This document shows, in pieces, positions 10,688 to 20,004 of a stretch of DNA of 64,000 nucleotides. A model generated the notes under the pieces. The model was given only the letters and a program-made list of their open reading frames with translations. It was not told the origin of the DNA and ran no database searches. The number at the start of each line of letters is the position of its first letter. Positions within the stretch are counted from its first letter, which is position 1. Position numbers and translations under genes: made by a program. The stretch covers positions 1-64,000 of IMG/VR virus record IMGVR_UViG_3300031539_000007. The stretch is one strand, 5' to 3'. This stretch comes from a virus.

Positions 10688-11086
10688 TTATGCCGCGAAT
10701 CCCACTGCGTAGATCAGCCCCGTGAATAACCCGCTGAAATCTATCGCCCAGAAATCCCCTGGAGCGCCGCTCGCATTCCACGAGCCAAACTGCGCGTCCC
10801 CATACCAGTAGTCAGTCATGTCCGTGCGGTCTGGATAGATGGCGACGTTGCTGGTCGTGGTCGCAACGGCGTATATCAGGTCGAATATCGCGTTGCTCGC
10901 GGTGTCTACCAACGCCGAACCACTGAATGTAGCGCCGTATGCGCCTACGCGCTGGATTTTCGCCTCAGTACCCATCACGGATTCCTCGGCGGTGTCACGG
11001 TCAACGGATAGTTCGAGCGACGTGATGAAGTTCAGTAGAACGCCATCGACATAAAGTGCGCCCTGTAAGCCGGTTAATTGAGCCAT
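10688..11086 (-). CDS. Major tail tube protein
   Basis: 132 aa, strong AAAGGAG RBS, upstream of the chaperone; beta-rich tube-like sequence (LELSVDRDTAEES...FSGSAL...YWYGDA). Confidence 0.8.
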   Translation of the reverse strand: MAQLTGLQGALYVDGVLLNFITSLELSVDRDTAEESVMGTEAKIQRVGAYGATFSGSALVDTASNAIFDLIYAVATTTSNVAIYPDRTDMTDYWYGDAQFGSWNASGAPGDFWAIDFSGLFTGLIYAVGFAA

Positions 11087-11218
11087 ATATCTCCTTTATT
11101 ATCCTGTTAGGCTTTGATTCCCACAAAGCCCGTTTGAACATAATTATCAAATGCCTTCAGCCATGTCTGATACTTCCTATCCAGATATGTCTCGGCATAT
11201 TATGCGTCTAGCCTCTAC

Positions 11219-11254
11219 ATTCTACGCCAAAAGCAAGACAAGTAGCAACCTTAA
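11219..11254 (-). promoter_or_regulatory. Putative late promoter for the tail operon
   Basis: TTAAGGTTGCTACTTGTCTT-N10-TAGAAT; the 20-mer is identical to 34334-34353. Confidence 0.7.
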
Positions 11255-11270
11255 TCGCATACCACACAGC

Positions 11271-11310
11271 AAAAGACGCCCCGGATTCAACGCGGGGCGT
11301 CTTTGTTTTT
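11271..11310. terminator. Intrinsic terminator (probably bidirectional)
   Basis: AAAGACGCCCCG-loop-CGGGGCGTCTTT hairpin flanked by A and T runs. Confidence 0.8.
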
Positions 11311-11339
11311 CCTTCTACACGTGGTAGACGAGCTAGGTT

Positions 11340-11534
11340 TTAACTAATAGTGATTGTTTCCATCGGCAGTGGCGTGCCTGTGCCGGGCGGCGCTATGTTC
11401 CACGGCGGAGATAGTGGGATTTTTGCCACCGAGATGTCTGAGTAGCGCGCCCTTTCGTGGAAATGCACAAGCGCTTCTAGCTTCTCGACACGTCTCTCTA
11501 ACTGCTTTATCCTCTTCTTCGCTTTCATCGCCAC
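11340..11534 (-). CDS. Small hypothetical protein (N-terminal coiled coil)
   Basis: GAGGA RBS then GTG; KRIKQLERRVEKLE. Confidence 0.55.
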   Translation of the reverse strand: MAMKAKKRIKQLERRVEKLEALVHFHERARYSDISVAKIPLSPPWNIAPPGTGTPLPMETITIS

Positions 11535-11541
11535 ATCCTCT

Positions 11542-12360
11542 TCACCTCTCCTCGCATGGCTCAAACCCTAACATGTCGATTGCCTTCTGCGGACTGATAA
11601 GCGAGTCTGCGTCTGACACAACCCTCAGTGGAACGCCATGATATTCTTGCGCACGGAACTCGTAGACGTTGACGCCATTAGGAACATACTTATCTATAAT
11701 ATTGAACGGCTCGTACCAGAACTCGCGCTCTGACTCAACGGCCAACCTGATGGCTTGTGCGCAATACTCAGGGTTGCAGTTCGCCCAGAAGCAGCCTCGG
11801 CGATAGTCTGAGTGCGGCACGCTTCTCCAGTCGAAGTCGCCTGGGTATTGTTGCCGCTTGTAGTTCGCCGGGGCAAGACGTAGCGCAACGGTTTGCATCA
11901 TTTTGTTTGTCCCGTAGTATGCGAGTATCTGTTCTGCCATTACCTTAGAGAACGGGTAATGCTTGATGCCACCACGGGAACGCCCCTGCGCCATATTGGG
12001 GTGCTTCTCGTCAATGGGTAGGTAGTCGGGGAACAACATCCCGTCAATGTCGCATCCGTAATATGCCGTGGAACTAGAATATACCATGCGCTTGACGCCC
12101 GCATTGTATGCGGCTTCTGCAACATTGAGTGTGCCCAGCACATTGACATCAAAGAAGTCTCTGAACGGCCTGGCGTTTGGGTGCGGTATGGCGGCGAGAT
12201 GCACTGCCACATCAACGCTACTCATCTTTGAGTAGAGCTTGTCTGTGTCAAGAATGTCGTCGCCGTTTGTGATGTCGTAGTTTATAATCTCGTGTTCTGC
12301 AAGCTCTGCAACTGCCAGCCTGCCAATTTTCCCGCTACCGCCAGTTACTAAGATTCGCAT
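11542..12360 (-). CDS. NAD-dependent nucleotide-sugar epimerase/dehydratase (extended SDR)
   Basis: ILVTGGSGKIG, VHLAA, NVLGTLNV, YSSS and YPFSK (YxxxK) motifs. Confidence 0.92.
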   Translation of the reverse strand: MRILVTGGSGKIGRLAVAELAEHEIINYDITNGDDILDTDKLYSKMSSVDVAVHLAAIPHPNARPFRDFFDVNVLGTLNVAEAAYNAGVKRMVYSSSTAYYGCDIDGMLFPDYLPIDEKHPNMAQGRSRGGIKHYPFSKVMAEQILAYYGTNKMMQTVALRLAPANYKRQQYPGDFDWRSVPHSDYRRGCFWANCNPEYCAQAIRLAVESEREFWYEPFNIIDKYVPNGVNVYEFRAQEYHGVPLRVVSDADSLISPQKAIDMLGFEPCEER

Positions 12361-13382
12361 TGTTTCATAACCTTTTTCGCTCGCTCAATATACGAATGCG
12401 GTTTAACCATCTCCCGCAGCGTATCGCAGTAATCGGCGCGCCGTTCTGGTTTGTCAACCCAGTAGCGTAGCAACTCGGTTAGCTCTTCTGGCGATGTGAA
12501 TGTCGGCACCAAGTCGCCAAACATTTCCTCGATCTCTTCGCGGTATTCAGAGATCAGGAACCCGCCACACGCTAACGCTTCATAGACTCGTGGCGATGCG
12601 CTTTCGGACTCAGGGATGCGCATCGCGCCCTCGTAGTCAATGGATGTACGGTTCAGATTCAAGCATATCTTCGCGCCGTTGTATAATAGCGCAGCTTGGG
12701 AGTTGGCGATACTGGTGTCTTTGTAATACTTCGCCAGAACATGATCGTGGTCGATGGGGTAATGTCCGTACATCACGAAGTCGAGGTCGCCCCAGTCAAC
12801 CTGCTCTAGCATCTCTACGCGCTCAGGGAACCCGCTGCCAATGAACACAACGTCGTGGCGCATATTCTGTGGCACGAATACAGGGAAGTGTGTCTCGGTA
12901 CTATAGGCTGTAGGGAGATATGGAAGTTCTAGCTTGCGCGCCACGGCCCGCTCGTTTGTATACACAAAATCGTTGTAATCAGTCAGGAATCCGAGCGTCC
13001 TGTCTTGGTATGGCGACTCCGTACCGATCACCACAGATTTCATGCCGGTTACGTGCAACCTTCTGATCCATTCCCATGCCTTCCTGTGGAGGGCCGTACC
13101 ATCAATTACAATGAGAATGTCAGGGTTTGATTTCATCACGTTGAGAATAACATCCATCGACGCCGATATGATTACATCTTCGTCCTCGTATGTTGCGTTA
13201 TAGTCCCCTTCGATTAGCCCCTTGAATCTGTAACTCTCGTTCCAGTAGCGGTATACTTGGTGATACGGGATTTCGTCAACCACATAGCCAAGTGTTCTGA
13301 GTGCGTAGACATATCCTTTCGCCACATCAAAATTCGAGACAGCAGTTGGGGGGAAGGCCATACAGATTTTCGGTTTTTGCAT
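12348..13382 (-). CDS. GT-B glycosyltransferase, CgeB / Glyco_trans_1_2-like
   Basis: DVVFIGS..PER, LYNGAKICLN and SPRVYEALACGGFLISE motifs. Confidence 0.88.
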   Translation of the reverse strand: MQKPKICMAFPPTAVSNFDVAKGYVYALRTLGYVVDEIPYHQVYRYWNESYRFKGLIEGDYNATYEDEDVIISASMDVILNVMKSNPDILIVIDGTALHRKAWEWIRRLHVTGMKSVVIGTESPYQDRTLGFLTDYNDFVYTNERAVARKLELPYLPTAYSTETHFPVFVPQNMRHDVVFIGSGFPERVEMLEQVDWGDLDFVMYGHYPIDHDHVLAKYYKDTSIANSQAALLYNGAKICLNLNRTSIDYEGAMRIPESESASPRVYEALACGGFLISEYREEIEEMFGDLVPTFTSPEELTELLRYWVDKPERRADYCDTLREMVKPHSYIERAKKVMKQCES

Positions 13383-13384
13383 TT

Positions 13385-14182
13385 CTATTCCTTGCTGGAT
13401 AACATGTACTGTGGCTCGTATGGTGTGCCATACTCAGGACAGAAGCCCCACTTATCCATAAACACCCAGCGGTTGTGACTGCGCTCTTTCAACCACTGCA
13501 TAAAATCTCCCTTGCTTTTTTGGCGTCTCTCGACAGCCCTGTCGCCGTGGTTTTGGTGAACTACACGAGTGTCTAGGTTGAAAACAAATTTACAGCCAGC
13601 GAGGTGGGCTTGGTATGCGAAATCACAATCCTCAAATCCCCAGCACGAATTATACCGCTCGTCGTGTCTCAGCGTTTTAGCCACACTCATCGGCAGGCTG
13701 AAGCTGTGCCCGCTCCCATATCGCCAGCGAGAATGTATTGGCAGATGGCGCGGATTCGAGATGCGCCCCCAGAACTTGTCTTCTTCATCTAGTTCGCCAC
13801 TTGTCAATGCCCCCTGCACACGGTTGAGCACGTACCACGGCCCGTCATCACGCGCGTGCCGCTGGATGTGCGACTCAATCCAGTTCGGTGGGTAGAGCAC
13901 GTCATCCTGTGTGCCGATGTAGACGCTGCCGGTAGCAGCATCCAGCCCCATATTGTTTGCCGAGGCTCTTGCGGGGTAGGCTTCGCGCAGGGGTTCTTGG
14001 ATGATAATCATCTCGAATGGGGGCGCTTGTGTTGCTAGGAAGGCACGGGTCTCATCGCCAGGATAGCCAACGACGATCAGAAATTCAAAGTCGTTGTTGG
14101 TTTGTTCTAGGAGCGTGGCGAAAGACTTCTTGAAATAAGGTAGCTTGGCGTCTACAGCGACATCAATGACGGATGGCCTCAT
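13385..14182 (-). CDS. GT-A glycosyltransferase (family 2-like)
   Basis: ASANNMGL, TQDD (DxD-like), DERYNSCWGFEDCDF and VVHQNH motifs. Confidence 0.85.
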   Translation of the reverse strand: MRPSVIDVAVDAKLPYFKKSFATLLEQTNNDFEFLIVVGYPGDETRAFLATQAPPFEMIIIQEPLREAYPARASANNMGLDAATGSVYIGTQDDVLYPPNWIESHIQRHARDDGPWYVLNRVQGALTSGELDEEDKFWGRISNPRHLPIHSRWRYGSGHSFSLPMSVAKTLRHDERYNSCWGFEDCDFAYQAHLAGCKFVFNLDTRVVHQNHGDRAVERRQKSKGDFMQWLKERSHNRWVFMDKWGFCPEYGTPYEPQYMLSSKE

Positions 14183-14412
14183 AATCCATCCGCTCCTGGT
14201 GGTTTCACAACACCTGCTATTTCTTCGACGTGTACAATCTGCCCTGTGTCACCAGTGTAATCTGACAGTAACCCATAAAGTCTTCCGCGATTGGCTATGT
14301 AATGTTCGGCACAATCGCCCGAATATGCTCTCATCACAGAAAACGCATACTTCGTTTGGTTGTTGCCGCTTAAAACAGTAACCAGTAGATTTATTCTGCT
14401 TGAGTCAAACAA
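14179..14412 (-). CDS. Hypothetical protein
   Basis: 77 aa, overlaps both neighbours in the operon. Confidence 0.55.
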   Translation of the reverse strand: MFDSSRINLLVTVLSGNNQTKYAFSVMRAYSGDCAEHYIANRGRLYGLLSDYTGDTGQIVHVEEIAGVVKPPGADGL

Positions 14413-15041
14413 TCGTAGTCCCCTTTCATCAAAGCGAGCGCAACTTTCAGCGCTTCCTTGATGTCTGTATTTCTAAGCTGGGTGCTCGCGTCAAGTACAT
14501 ACGGTACTGACGCATATTCTACCGTTCTCCCTGCTTTGATGGCAAGCCCTAGTAGTTCCATGTTTGTGGCGTGCCCATTGCTTTTAAGATACGGTAATAG
14601 CCCGATGACGCTCTTGAGATTGTAGGTGCGGTACCCATGGGTGGCGTCGCGAATCAACTCATGTGTGAGTAGAGATAGCGTCGCCGCTCCTGCAAGAGAG
14701 AGTATAGCACGAATCCCCAACTTGTCAAATTCCCTTGCTCGTACCAGGATGTCTGCGCTAAACTCAATGTCGAGATACTGCGGGTTGCATGTGCCAACGT
14801 CCATCACCGTCGCGTGGGTATAGCCAAGGCACGACGCAATATTCAGCCCTGCTTTTAGGGCATTGCCATACCCGCGTTTGTCTTTTGAGTAATCCACATG
14901 CTGTGCGAACCATTGCGCCATGCCAACGCTGCCGTCGTCGCCGTCTATCACGCAAACAATTTGCTCGCCGACAATAGAGCGCAACAGTTTTTCGAGATTG
15001 GCGCGCTCTTTGTAACTCAGAACAACTACGCACTTATTCAT
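14391..15041 (-). CDS. GT-A glycosyltransferase, polyprenol-phosphate mannose synthase (DPM1)-like
   Basis: SYKERANL, IDGDDGS, RGYGNALKAG, VMDVG and IRDATHGYR motifs. Confidence 0.8.
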   Translation of the reverse strand: MNKCVVVLSYKERANLEKLLRSIVGEQIVCVIDGDDGSVGMAQWFAQHVDYSKDKRGYGNALKAGLNIASCLGYTHATVMDVGTCNPQYLDIEFSADILVRAREFDKLGIRAILSLAGAATLSLLTHELIRDATHGYRTYNLKSVIGLLPYLKSNGHATNMELLGLAIKAGRTVEYASVPYVLDASTQLRNTDIKEALKVALALMKGDYDCLTQAE

Positions 15042-15489
15042 TGAGGGTTATCGCGTCCAGCTTCACCACCTGGTACACTAGCTCGCGCATCATAAAGTAT
15101 GGGCCTGACCCATTGGCTGTCCCGACGTATTGTGGCGCGCTTGCGGAAATCACCTTAGCGCCTTCGGCGGTGCTATTGAGACGGTGGTAGCCATCAAGTA
15201 GCTCGCGTATCTCTTTTACATCAGCGCGCAGGTTCGCTTGTGTCTCAGCGTCGTAAGTGTATTTGTGATATACTCGTACCAGGAATCCGTAGGTTGTCCT
15301 GGCTGCGTAGCCCATATAACCCGTGTCTGTAGGGCTAGATAGCTGCCCTTCTTCCAGGATTACCGCACGGGCAACACCGGCGTCTAGTGGTTTCGTGTCT
15401 ACGATTGATACATTCGTCGAGTCGTAGTTTGCCAGACCAACTACAAGAGCCGCTATTGCATCTAGTAATGCAGTCTCATCGTATGCCAT
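15034..15489 (-). CDS. Putative tail terminator / completion protein
   Basis: 151 aa, follows the gp10-like neck gene; call is from position and size. Confidence 0.55.
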   Translation of the reverse strand: MAYDETALLDAIAALVVGLANYDSTNVSIVDTKPLDAGVARAVILEEGQLSSPTDTGYMGYAARTTYGFLVRVYHKYTYDAETQANLRADVKEIRELLDGYHRLNSTAEGAKVISASAPQYVGTANGSGPYFMMRELVYQVVKLDAITLNE

Positions 15490-16031
15490 TAGTTTGCTAA
15501 CTCCTTATCTATTGCCTCAGCGATGTTCTCTGTAGCTCTGTCGAGCGTTGCGTCTGCTGCTGGACTAGACAGTGTTCTTTCAGGGAACGGGAAATCAGAT
15601 GAACCGTGAATCTTGATTTGCCAAGCAGATGTTCCGCCTGGATATTCTTGATCGGGCCATACGCCAGCAATCCGCCTTTGTAGGATATATGGGCTTCCAC
15701 CTTTCATTGCAGTCCATGCTTTCAAGCGCGCAATAGGCACCCACCTGGTTTTCGCGCCCTTCCAGACGCCCCATATCTTTCCCTCTTCGACGTTTCCGCT
15801 CGGAACATTCGGGCCGATCTCTACCCCAAGATTATCTGGGTACACCTCATAGCCCACAGAATCTTGTAGCTGCCCCTCGAACCTGAACTCGTTGATGATG
15901 CTCTTCTCAATAGCCACAAACTCTCCGCCGATATGCGTGAGCTGTTCGTGCTGTATCGCGGGAAGCTTGGCAACCGCCTTGATGATTACACCAATGATAT
16001 TGTCTAGTTCGCTAGTATCGAAAGTGAACAT
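15489..16031 (-). CDS. Neck protein, HK97 gp10-like
   Basis: 180 aa; GQLQDSV and WVPIARLKAW motifs; neck position. Confidence 0.6.
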   Translation of the reverse strand: MFTFDTSELDNIIGVIIKAVAKLPAIQHEQLTHIGGEFVAIEKSIINEFRFEGQLQDSVGYEVYPDNLGVEIGPNVPSGNVEEGKIWGVWKGAKTRWVPIARLKAWTAMKGGSPYILQRRIAGVWPDQEYPGGTSAWQIKIHGSSDFPFPERTLSSPAADATLDRATENIAEAIDKELAN

Positions 16032-16035
16032 CTAT

Positions 16036-17034
16036 TTATTTCCCCCATTCTAGGCCAAGCGGCGTCAGTGTCGTTGGTAACAGTCGTGCGTCCACCAGAA
16101 ATCCACACCACCACGTTAATCCGCCACCCCACCACGACACAAACCATGCGGCTGAGTCGTAGCCGGGATTTGCGTCGCTTTCATACCACACTTTGAAAGG
16201 AATCATCACGTTGTCACGGATAGCCACCCACCCAGCCGCGTCAAACGGTTCAAATCGCTGGCACAGTGGGCCTGCTCCGACTTCGGTTATCCAGACGGGT
16301 CGATTGCCAAGTCCAAGTCCAACGTGATAGTTTTGATACCAGTGATCTAGTGCGGCTATTAGTTCAGGCATCCCCCATTCGCTACCGCATGGGGCAGACC
16401 AACATGGGTAAGCGTGGATATGGACGCCATTAACTGTATACAGCTTGCCGGTTGCAGACAGCCTGCTTACAAAGCGCGTCCACCAGCTACGGCTGCCAGC
16501 ACTGCTCAGCCCCGCGATACCGCCGACATAAACGAAGGCTTGTGGGTCGTGACTTTTAATGAGCGTGTAAACCTCAGCGTAACGGTCGGCGGTTTGCTCT
16601 GGTGTCAGCGTGAGATAATACCCACACGAGTCGGGGGTGCCACTGAAATCAGGTTCATTCAGCACCAGCCACGTGTGTCGATCACGTAGCGTGTCAGCCT
16701 TCGCTGCCGCAATGATTAGCGGGAGATTGACGGTGAGATAAGCGTCGTTTAAGCACCATATCATACGCACAAAACGTTCGCCAACCACCGGAGCGCCGAC
16801 TGACCATCCGTAGTACCAGTCAATATCTATTGTAAACGGAGCGCCGCCAACGCCATAGTCCATCGGGGTTTTGTAGCCACGATAAATCTGTGGCAGATAT
16901 ACCACCGACGGCGCGGGCGGCTCTGGTAGCGGTGATGTTTGCTTAAATATAATACATCCGGCTAATACCAGAACCAACACAAGAAAAAGCCCAGCACGTA
17001 AACTCACATAGCCAGCACCGCGAGCAAACGACAC
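16036..17034 (-). CDS. Clan GH-A glycoside hydrolase (GH128 / Glyco_hydro_cc-like), probable lipoprotein
   Basis: Hydrophobic N-terminus with LAGC lipobox; WYYGW, VLNEPD, HIHAY and PVWITE motifs. Confidence 0.8.
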   Translation of the reverse strand: MSFARGAGYVSLRAGLFLVLVLVLAGCIIFKQTSPLPEPPAPSVVYLPQIYRGYKTPMDYGVGGAPFTIDIDWYYGWSVGAPVVGERFVRMIWCLNDAYLTVNLPLIIAAAKADTLRDRHTWLVLNEPDFSGTPDSCGYYLTLTPEQTADRYAEVYTLIKSHDPQAFVYVGGIAGLSSAGSRSWWTRFVSRLSATGKLYTVNGVHIHAYPCWSAPCGSEWGMPELIAALDHWYQNYHVGLGLGNRPVWITEVGAGPLCQRFEPFDAAGWVAIRDNVMIPFKVWYESDANPGYDSAAWFVSWWGGGLTWWCGFLVDARLLPTTLTPLGLEWGK

Positions 17035-18036
17035 CTAATGGCTCCACATCCCAGTTGAGAATATCGGCTGTACTAGGCTCGTATCGTCTTTCCGTTCATC
17101 GCGCTCAGAGCTACTGATTTGCCCTGATGTTAGCGCGCCCGCGCCGGTGGCGTCTGCCCCATCCTGCGCGCCTCTTACGGCATCTTTCAACGCCCCGGTA
17201 GTGACATCTTTTTGTAATGCGTAGCACAATGCCCTGGCTGCACCAGCGCGCGTGTCGCTTTCTTGCGCCTTGAACCCCGCTGTGCGTTGTGTCATTTCAA
17301 CGTTCATAACGACACAATAATTAGCCCCCATCTTTACCATGCTTTGTGCCGCGCTTGCCGTGAGCGGCACCGTAATACTCGCCGCCGATAGCCATCCGTC
17401 TATCATCTGTGATACGGTGTCTTCAAAGTCCATTACATCTGTAGCTGTTGGGGTTGATGTGTGAGTGTATTTTCCATTATCAGTAAGATGCCTAGTCAGG
17501 GACTCTATCTCTCTGATATTAGAATAGATCGTAGCCCGTGTACCGCTGTAAGCCTGGAACGGGAAGTCTGTCGCTGTGGCTATCGCCGTCCATGCAGCAT
17601 TGAACGTTGAGCCAGCACCATTAAGGTAGTGCGGGTTGTCTTGGTCTGCACCTATCGCGACATAGTTAGTGGAGTCGGCTGTATACCCTCCGCCAGAGCG
17701 AATGACCAGGTGATATTGTACCGATGGCAATAACTGCGGGCGGCTATCAATGTCAAAGTCGAACGCATTCATCCCTGCCGAGATTGCGCTTGCGGCTATT
17801 GTCCCGGACGTACCATTGTCAATCGCCGTTCCGCTTGGCACACTGCTTGTATCGCCCTGAATCTGTACGTACAGATAGCCACCCGGTGTTCCGGTAAGAC
17901 TCGCGTACACATAGACACGTCCGACAGAACATGCCCGTTTGACTTTGAACCCCTGGGCAAGTTGGTTGTTCGCCCCGGAAGACGCCAGCGTGATGTCTTC
18001 CCCGTAATTTGTAGAAGCATATTCGGCGAGTAACAT
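17035..18036 (-). CDS. Head-tail adaptor with an extra N-terminal beta-sandwich domain
   Basis: C-terminal half (YSNIREIE...TPTATDV...IDGWL...ITVPLT) resembles Mu gp36 / HK97 gp6-type connectors; N-terminal LAQGFKV domain is additional. Confidence 0.6.
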   Translation of the reverse strand: MLLAEYASTNYGEDITLASSGANNQLAQGFKVKRACSVGRVYVYASLTGTPGGYLYVQIQGDTSSVPSGTAIDNGTSGTIAASAISAGMNAFDFDIDSRPQLLPSVQYHLVIRSGGGYTADSTNYVAIGADQDNPHYLNGAGSTFNAAWTAIATATDFPFQAYSGTRATIYSNIREIESLTRHLTDNGKYTHTSTPTATDVMDFEDTVSQMIDGWLSAASITVPLTASAAQSMVKMGANYCVVMNVEMTQRTAGFKAQESDTRAGAARALCYALQKDVTTGALKDAVRGAQDGADATGAGALTSGQISSSERDERKDDTSLVQPIFSTGMWSH

Positions 18037-18344
18037 TAGCGTTGCCTCACTTTGATTGTAATTGTGCGTTGGTCTGTACGGCTTGCAGTTGTGACAATTT
18101 CACACACAACATCATAGTCGTTAGGCGCATAGCCTCCAGATAGCCACGCAATAACACTGGTGTTTGTGTTTGCCGCCGCGTAACTGGCGACAGTAATCCC
18201 GGCTGGCGCTGTCACTGTGCAAGAACTAATCGTCTCTCCAGTCGCAAGCCAGTCGCTCGCCCCCGTCACGTTTGTAAGTGCCTTCCAGTCCCATGTGTAG
18301 TCCAGCACTGCGCCAGGGTCTTTGTAGAACCATTTATCTGCCAT
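18036..18344 (-). CDS. Virion fibre-adaptor-like small structural protein
   Basis: 102 aa with KDPGAVLDYTWDW...WLSGG...Y.V.C.I.T...RTDQRT signature of a widespread phage family. Confidence 0.7.
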   Translation of the reverse strand: MADKWFYKDPGAVLDYTWDWKALTNVTGASDWLATGETISSCTVTAPAGITVASYAAANTNTSVIAWLSGGYAPNDYDVVCEIVTTASRTDQRTITIKVRQR

Positions 18345-20004
18345 TCAATACCTCACTAAATCGACCTTCTGTGACGCCCCACCCAGGGACGCTACCCGAT
18401 TCTGCCCATCCGCGTGTGTAACGCTGGTTGCGGAATTCTTCGGGATGCCAGCGCGTCTTCGTCAAGTTCCCGCTGTGCCGGATGTCAACGTTTGGCTGCT
18501 CGGACATCCATACCTCTGACTTGTAATCATCTACTCGTTCGGCGCGATTGTGTGTCCCTGGCTCGAACCCCATTCTACGGGTGAACCCATTCTCTTCAAC
18601 AATCGCCACTCGTTTTCTGTAATGCTCTAATAGCAGGTCTCTGTAAGCGCATAGCCCTGAAGTAGAAGAGGCGTAGTGGAAAAGCGCGTGCCCTGTTTCG
18701 GAGTCAACCTTCCAAGAGTTCTGGTTGTAATAGAACAAGTCGCTCTTCTCTGGAACGAAGTCGAAGTGCGACGGGTGATAGAGCACATCGTGCTCCGCGA
18801 AGAAAAGAATGTCTGCGCCAGACGCCTCGACGCCCGCAAGAATCTGCTTGAACATCGTCAGATAGCCGCGCTCGGCATCAATAACAATATTCCTATCGCC
18901 GAAGTCTAGCGGTTCCAGCGAGACGCTTATGATTGGCAACCCACTCTTTAGCAACTGCTTTTGGCACGCCAGCATAATACCAGCGTCTAGCCGATTGTCA
19001 GTATAATATACTATACCCTTTTTTGCACTATTTGAAACCTTAACCACGCCGCCCTCTTTCGCTTTCAAGCCAGTCAAGTCTTCGTCAGTCCACCCGCGCA
19101 CCGGCCAGAATTTCTCTACAAGCCAAGACAGTGGGTGTATTTGCTTGTCCCACTTGTCATTGAAGAATAAGTCGTGAGCTGCCTTCTTAGCGTGTGCAAC
19201 TTGGTTCCCTGAGATTGGATATGGGAATCCGAAGTCCTTGCCCTGAGTCCTGAACATGTGCGCATACCAGGTCTTGTGGTTCACCATCACCGCCCCGCCG
19301 GACAGCCAAAACTTCGTTGCGACTTCTATGCCTTGCGATCCCCAGCTCCCAAAGCTCTCGTCGCATACGTTTAGCTCAAAGTATTTATCGCGCGTCAGCA
19401 TAAAGCACGAGCCTTGCAGACTCATCGTTGGGGTGATGTCGCCCTTGCCTTCTGGCCGCTTAGAGAACTCTTTGAAATACTGGAAATGCGGCTCTGGGTC
19501 AAAGCAATACGATACGCTTTGCGGGCTTGGTTTCCCAATCCACTTCATATCGCGCCGCGCATCACCACCGCACTTAGGGCATACCGGGCGCAGAATGTCT
19601 CCGCCTGGGGTTGGCCCCTGATAGGTGCGCCACTCGCAGCTATCGCAAGCCCAATCAAATGCGTGCAGGTTGCGCATTATCGGAACCATCACCCAATCAT
19701 CGCGCATCTCTGCCAGCATCTTAACATCGAAGCCCTCGTCGAACGCGCAGTGGGCGTCACACTTCATCAAGTATTTTGATTGGGCAATGCGCGCCGCTTC
19801 GTTGGTCGCCGCTCTCTGTCCAACACTTTCTGGATGATAGATGAGACTTACTCGCGAGCTATCGTTGACTGGTGGTTCTGCCCACTCACCGTCTAGCACA
19901 GCAATAATATCGGTGTCGCCCCTGATATTCACAAGGATGTCTTCGATTGTGCGAGCCAGGAACATTTCGTTGCGCGCAGGAATCAAGATGGTTAGGTCTG
20001 GCAT
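18334..20004 (-). CDS. Two-domain glycosyltransferase: ppGalNAc-T (GT27)-like N-terminal domain plus a second GT-A-like domain
   Basis: IPARNE, KCDAHC and WGSQGIEVATKFWLSGG...WYAHMFR; C-terminal KGIVYYTDN...FFAEHDVLYHPSHF. Confidence 0.85.
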   Translation of the reverse strand: MPDLTILIPARNEMFLARTIEDILVNIRGDTDIIAVLDGEWAEPPVNDSSRVSLIYHPESVGQRAATNEAARIAQSKYLMKCDAHCAFDEGFDVKMLAEMRDDWVMVPIMRNLHAFDWACDSCEWRTYQGPTPGGDILRPVCPKCGGDARRDMKWIGKPSPQSVSYCFDPEPHFQYFKEFSKRPEGKGDITPTMSLQGSCFMLTRDKYFELNVCDESFGSWGSQGIEVATKFWLSGGAVMVNHKTWYAHMFRTQGKDFGFPYPISGNQVAHAKKAAHDLFFNDKWDKQIHPLSWLVEKFWPVRGWTDEDLTGLKAKEGGVVKVSNSAKKGIVYYTDNRLDAGIMLACQKQLLKSGLPIISVSLEPLDFGDRNIVIDAERGYLTMFKQILAGVEASGADILFFAEHDVLYHPSHFDFVPEKSDLFYYNQNSWKVDSETGHALFHYASSTSGLCAYRDLLLEHYRKRVAIVEENGFTRRMGFEPGTHNRAERVDDYKSEVWMSEQPNVDIRHSGNLTKTRWHPEEFRNQRYTRGWAESGSVPGWGVTEGRFSEVLNGR

